Positions 28,268 to 32,000 of a stretch of DNA of 32,000 bases are shown piece by piece (position 1 is the stretch's first letter; every line of letters starts with the position of its first letter). Below the pieces are notes generated by a model. It had not been told where the DNA came from, did not search any database, and saw only the letters and a list, made by a program, of their open reading frames with translations. The position numbers and the translations under genes were made by a program. The DNA is from Methylorubrum extorquens (GTDB taxonomy: Bacteria; Pseudomonadota; Alphaproteobacteria; Rhizobiales; Beijerinckiaceae): positions 4,290,001-4,322,000 of the forward strand of contig LT962688.1 in NCBI GenBank assembly GCA_900234795.1, written 5' to 3'.

Positions 28268-29551
28268 GCGCCCGCCGCACCCTGCCCGAGGGCGCCCGCC
28301 GCGGCTGGTGCCCCTCGCTCGCCCGGCCGATGCCGACCGGCGACGGGCTGCTCGCCCGCATCCACCCGCCGCTCGGGCGCCTGACGCCGGCGCAGTTGCG
28401 CGCGGTGGCGGACGGCGCGCGGGCCTACGGCAACGGACATATCGACGTGACCGCCCGCGGCAACCTCCAGATCCGCGGCGTCAGCGAGGCGAGCGCCGCG
28501 CCGCTCGCCTGCGCCCTCGCGGAAGCGGGCCTCGGCGACACTCGCGACGACGGCGGCCCGCAACGCCTGACGCTGACGGCGCCCCCTCGCCGGCCTCGAT
28601 CCCACGGAACAGATCGACGTGCCGGCGCTCGCCCGCGCGGTGGAGGCGGCGGGGCTCGCGGTGCCGGGCCTGCCACCCAAGACGCTGGTGGCGATCGATG
28701 GTGGCGGCGCCCACGGCCTCGGCACGGTCGAGGCCGATTTCTTCCTGTTCGCCGAAGGGCAGGGGCAGGTCGCTTTCGGCCTCGCGACCGAAACCGGTCC
28801 CCTGCGCTGCGGCGTGCTGCCCGAGCGCCAGGCGGCGGGCGCCATCGGCCTTGCGCTCGCGGCCTTCGCCGAGATCGGTGGACGCCGAATGCGCGACCTC
28901 GACGCCCACGGGCGGGCCGTGATCGCGGCGGTGGCCGGCTTCTTCCCGTTCGAGCCGACGCCGCTCGCGCCGGCTCCGGCTCCGGCCGCGCCGGGGCTCG
29001 CCGCCCTGAGCGCGGACAGCGCGGCGCTCCTCGTCCAGGCGCCGTTCGGCCGCTGCACCGCGGATCGGCTGGAACAGGTCGCCGCGCTGGGCGGAGCGCA
29101 GGATGTGCGGCTGAGCGCGGAGCGCGGCCTCGCCCTCGTCGTTCCCGCAAGCCGCTCGGCCGCCCTCCAGGCCGAATTGGCGCGGGCCGGCTTCATCGTG
29201 GCGCCGGACGATCCGCGCCGGGCGGTCGCCGCCTGCCCCGGTGCGCCGGCCTGCCGCTCCGGCACGACCCCGGTGCCCGACCACGCCGCCCGGCTGGCGC
29301 AGGCGCTGGCGCCGCTGGCCGGCCTCACCGCTCATGTCTCGGGCTGCGCCAAGGGCTGCGCCCATCCGGGCCCCGCCGATCTGACCCTGGTGGGCCGCGA
29401 CGGCGCCTACGATGTGGTGCTCGCCGGGCCCCCCTCTGGCGAGCCGGCAACGCGTCTCGCTTTCGAGGTGGCGCTGGACCGGATAAGGAAGGCCGCAGCC
29501 GCCGGGCTTCCGGCGCTGGACCCCGTGTTTCAAGACGACGTGCCAGGATAA
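28264..29551 (+). pseudogene. cobG: Precorrin-3B synthase CobG (oxygen-dependent route); single frameshift as sequenced
   Basis: MSARRTLPEGARRGWCPSLARPMPTGDGLLARI..HIDVTARGNLQIRG.. continues after the C5 run 28582-28586 in the next frame as LAGLDPTEQIDVPALARAVE...AACPGAPACRSG..VSGCAKGCAH (a sulfite/nitrite-reductase-like 4Fe-4S/siroheme fold). The ATG overlaps the cobN stop. Confidence 0.85.
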
Positions 29552-29557
29552 CGTGCG

Positions 29558-30190
29558 ATGAGTGCCCGCCACGACTACATCCGCGACGGCGGCGCGATCT
29601 ACGCGCGCTCCTTCGCGATGATCCGCGCCGAATCCGATCTCGCCCGCTGGTCCGGCGCGGCCGAGCGCGTGGTGGTGCGGATGATCCATGCCTGCGGCAT
29701 GACCGACCTGCCGCGCGACGTGGAGATGTCGGACGATTTCGCCGCGGCCGGCGAGGCGGCTTTGAAGGCCGGCGCGCCGATCCTGTGCGACGTGCGCATG
29801 GTCGCCGACGGCGTGACCCGCACCCGGCTGCCGGTAAAGAACGACGTGATTTGCACGCTCGGCGATCCGCGCGTGCCGGGGCTGGCGGCCGAGATGGGCA
29901 CCACCCGCTCGGCAGCCGCGATGGAGCTGTGGCGCGAGAAGCTGCCCGGCAGCGTCGTCGCCGTCGGCAATGCGCCGACCGCCCTGTTCCGCCTGCTCGA
30001 ACTGCTGGATGAGGGCGTCGCCCCCCCGGCAGCGGTGATCGGCATTCCCGTCGGCTTCGTCGGCGCGGCGGAATCCAAGGAGGCGCTGGCGCGGGATGGG
30101 CGCGTGCCCTTCGTCGTGGTCCATGGCCGCCGCGGCGGCAGCGCGATGACGGCCGCCGCCGTCAACGCGCTCGCGAACGAGATCGAGTGA
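29558..30190 (+). CDS. cobH: Precorrin-8X methylmutase
   Basis: 210 aa with ..YIRDGGAIYARSF..VVVRMIHACGM..VAVGNAPTALF..IGIPVGFVGAAESK..GGSAMTAAAVNAL, typical of CobH/CbiC. Confidence 0.9.
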   Translation: MSARHDYIRDGGAIYARSFAMIRAESDLARWSGAAERVVVRMIHACGMTDLPRDVEMSDDFAAAGEAALKAGAPILCDVRMVADGVTRTRLPVKNDVICTLGDPRVPGLAAEMGTTRSAAAMELWREKLPGSVVAVGNAPTALFRLLELLDEGVAPPAAVIGIPVGFVGAAESKEALARDGRVPFVVVHGRRGGSAMTAAAVNALANEIE

Positions 30191-30987
30191 TGGAGGGGAG
30201 CGTGCGCATCGACGCGCCGGCCGAGACCACGGACGGCGCGGGCGAGACCCCCGCCGCGGCCAAAACCGGTACGCTCTACGGCGTCGGCATGGGGCCGGGC
30301 GATCCGGATTTCCTCACCGTGAAGGCGATGCGGGTGCTGGAGCACGCCCCCGTGCTCGTCCACTTCTGCAAGCGGGGCAAGCGCGGCAACGCCCGCACCA
30401 TCGCCGACGCGGTGATGATCGATCCGACCCGCGAGTTTCCGCTCGCCTATCCCTACACCACCGAGCTTCACCCCGATCACCCGGAATACGTCGCGGCGTT
30501 GGCCGGCTTCTACGACGAGGCGGCGGGACGGCTCGCCGACCATCTTGGTGCCGGCCGCGACGTGGCGATCCTGTCGGAGGGCGATCCCTTCTTCTACGGC
30601 TCGTTCATGCATCTGTGGCGCCGCCTGAAGGACCGCTTCCCCGTCGAGGTGATCCCCGGTGTCACCGGCATGTCGGGATGCTGGACGCGGGCCGGCACGC
30701 CGATCACCTGGGGCGACGACGTGCTCACCATCCTGCCGGCGACGCTGCCGCGCGAGGCGCTGGTGGAGCGGCTGAAGGGCACGGATGCGGCCGTTATCAT
30801 GAAGCTCGGCCGGCACCTGCCGAAGGTGCGCGGCGTGCTGGCCGAGACCGGCTTTCTCGCCCGCGCGGTCTATGTCGAGCGCGGCACCATGGCCGGCGAG
30901 CGGGTGGTGCCGCTGGCCGAGAAGGAGGACGACGTCGCGCCCTACTTCTCCATGGTGCTGGTGCCCGGCGAGGGCCGGCGCCCGTGA
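30190..30987 (+). CDS. cobI: Precorrin-2 C20-methyltransferase
   Basis: Tetrapyrrole methylase fold: LYGVGMGPGDPDFLTVKA, ILSEGDPFFYGSF, IPGVTGMSG. ATG 30190 overlaps the cobH stop (TGATG); the track starts 3 nt earlier at a GTG. Confidence 0.9.
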   Translation: MEGSVRIDAPAETTDGAGETPAAAKTGTLYGVGMGPGDPDFLTVKAMRVLEHAPVLVHFCKRGKRGNARTIADAVMIDPTREFPLAYPYTTELHPDHPEYVAALAGFYDEAAGRLADHLGAGRDVAILSEGDPFFYGSFMHLWRRLKDRFPVEVIPGVTGMSGCWTRAGTPITWGDDVLTILPATLPREALVERLKGTDAAVIMKLGRHLPKVRGVLAETGFLARAVYVERGTMAGERVVPLAEKEDDVAPYFSMVLVPGEGRRP

Positions 30988-31745
30988 GCGCGTCAGGAAG
31001 CGTGACGATCATCGGCCTCGGGCCGGGTGATCCGCGCCTGCTCACCGAATCGGCGCGCGACGCCCTCGACCGGGCGCAGGATCTGATCGGTTACATCCCC
31101 TACGTCGCCCGCGTGCCGGAGCGCGAGGGGCTGACCCGTCACGCCAGCGACAACCGCGTCGAGGTGGACCGCGCCCGGCATGCGCTGGAGCTCGCCGTGG
31201 CTGGCCGGCATGTCGCGGTGGTCTCGGGCGGCGATCCCGGCGTGTTTGCCATGGCGGCCGCCGTGTTCGAGGCGGTCGAGCACGGACCCGCGCACTGGCG
31301 CGACCTCGACATCCGGGTCGAGCCCGGCATCACCGCGATGCTCGCCGCCGCCGCCCGCCTCGGCGCACCGCTCGGCGGCGATTTCTGCGCGATCTCGCTG
31401 TCGGATAACCTCAAGCCCTGGGACGTTGTGACCGCCCGGCTGGAGGCGGTGCTGCGGGCGGGGCTCAGCGTCGCCCTTTACAATCCAATCTCCACCGCAC
31501 GGCCGTGGCAACTCGGCCGGGCGCTGGCGCTCGCCGCCGAGATTCTGCCTGCCACGACGCCGGTCATCTTCGCCCGCGCCGTGACCCGGCCGGACGAAGC
31601 GTTGCGGGTGCTGACCCTGAATGAGGCCCGCACCGCGCCGGCCGACATGGCGACCATGGTCATCATCGGCGCCGCCACGACGCGGCTGATCGAGCGGGAA
31701 GGGCGTCTGCCCTTCGTCTACACGCCGCGGAGCGTCACGCTCTGA
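30984..31745 (+). CDS. cobJ: Precorrin-3B C17-methyltransferase
   Basis: VTIIGLGPGDPRLLT, VVSGGDPGVFAMA, EPGITAM and CAISLSD are CobJ-type methylase blocks. GTG 30984 overlaps the cobI stop (GTGA). The track ORF start at 30615 lies inside cobI and is rejected. Confidence 0.88.
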   Translation: MSASGSVTIIGLGPGDPRLLTESARDALDRAQDLIGYIPYVARVPEREGLTRHASDNRVEVDRARHALELAVAGRHVAVVSGGDPGVFAMAAAVFEAVEHGPAHWRDLDIRVEPGITAMLAAAARLGAPLGGDFCAISLSDNLKPWDVVTARLEAVLRAGLSVALYNPISTARPWQLGRALALAAEILPATTPVIFARAVTRPDEALRVLTLNEARTAPADMATMVIIGAATTRLIEREGRLPFVYTPRSVTL

Positions 31746-31830
31746 CGCGGACACCTCCGCAGCGTACTCCTACAATCGAAGGATGTGCTGTTCCGAGGTT
31801 CAGGTCCCTGAATCCCGCGTGCTCCAAGCT

Positions 31831-31911
31831 TTAGAACACGTTGAAGAACCACAGCAGAAGAATGATCGGCAGCGGAATGCCGATCAACCAGAGAAGTCCA
31901 CCTTTGAGCAT
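31831..31911 (-). CDS. Candidate 26-aa hydrophobic small membrane protein (too short for the ORF track)
   Basis: My translation is MLKGGLLWLIGIPLPIILLLWFFNVF*. GGGAGA lies 7 nt upstream of the ATG. It sits in a lower-GC region after the cob operon. Confidence 0.35.
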   Translation of the reverse strand: MLKGGLLWLIGIPLPIILLLWFFNVF

Positions 31912-32000
31912 CGTGCTGTCTCCCGTGTGATGGAGGCGGTGACGCGCACTCCTTAGCTTATCTACCAATGAGGCTCGGTTGGCGTTCCTGATCTATGGAA

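Noticed and set aside
2336-28586. Programmed ribosomal frameshifting or phase variation as the explanation for the frame switches.
   Set aside because: I saw no slippery heptamer plus downstream-structure pattern. The runs are short (4-7 nt). The affected genes (B12 biosynthesis, a kinase, a hydrolase, a Bat-like protein) are not a class known for phase variation. Mixed insertions and deletions at homopolymers fit a technical artefact better. I cannot exclude real slippage mutations without reads.
1-32000. A search for CRISPR arrays, tRNA/rRNA genes, transposases or integrases, toxin-antitoxin pairs and known defence-system signatures.
   Set aside because: I saw no direct-repeat/spacer arrays, cloverleaf-like conserved tRNA motifs, DDE or tyrosine-recombinase-like ORFs, or nuclease/ATPase defence gene pairs. 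The only dispersed repeat is the 131-bp non-coding element.

Overview
This is a very GC-rich (about 70%) alphaproteobacterial chromosome segment. The gene content looks Methylobacterium-like or Hyphomicrobiales-like, but that is an inference from content, not a search result.

Gene content, left to right:
- A four-gene MoxR-like module: AAA+ ATPase, DUF58, a BatA_N/DUF4159 membrane protein, and a large membrane protein.
- A divergent AraC regulator and EamA transporter pair.
- A PAS-rich hybrid histidine kinase, convergent with a methyl-accepting chemotaxis protein.
- An alpha/beta hydrolase, a lipoprotein and a small hypothetical protein.
- A formaldehyde-activating-enzyme (Fae) paralogue.
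- A class II fumarase homologue that carries a twin-arginine (Tat) export signal.
- cobO-cobP, then a MarR plus DUF1772 pair.
- A cobalamin riboswitch followed by a tightly coupled ten-gene cobalt-uptake and aerobic B12 operon: cbtB-cbtA-DUF1636-cobW-DUF4349-cobN-cobG-cobH-cobI-cobJ.

I found no rRNA, tRNA, CRISPR array, transposase, prophage or recognisable defence system.

Observations worth a second look:
1. A 131-bp highly structured MITE/REP-like element occurs twice in opposite orientation. One copy lies in an operon gap. The other is inserted into the cobN coding sequence, and the reading frame stays open through it.
2. Ten frame disruptions occur in five otherwise clearly conserved genes. 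Nine sit at short homopolymer runs and one at a (GA)4 repeat. This is most simply sequencing or assembly error, but it must be resolved before these genes are called dead.
3. The fumarase homologue has a Tat signal, which is unexpected for this cytoplasmic enzyme family.
4. An uncharacterised DUF4349 lipoprotein is translationally coupled between cobW and cobN.

Nothing here convincingly amounts to a wholly new multi-gene system. Many long ORFs in the six-frame track are high-GC shadow ORFs.
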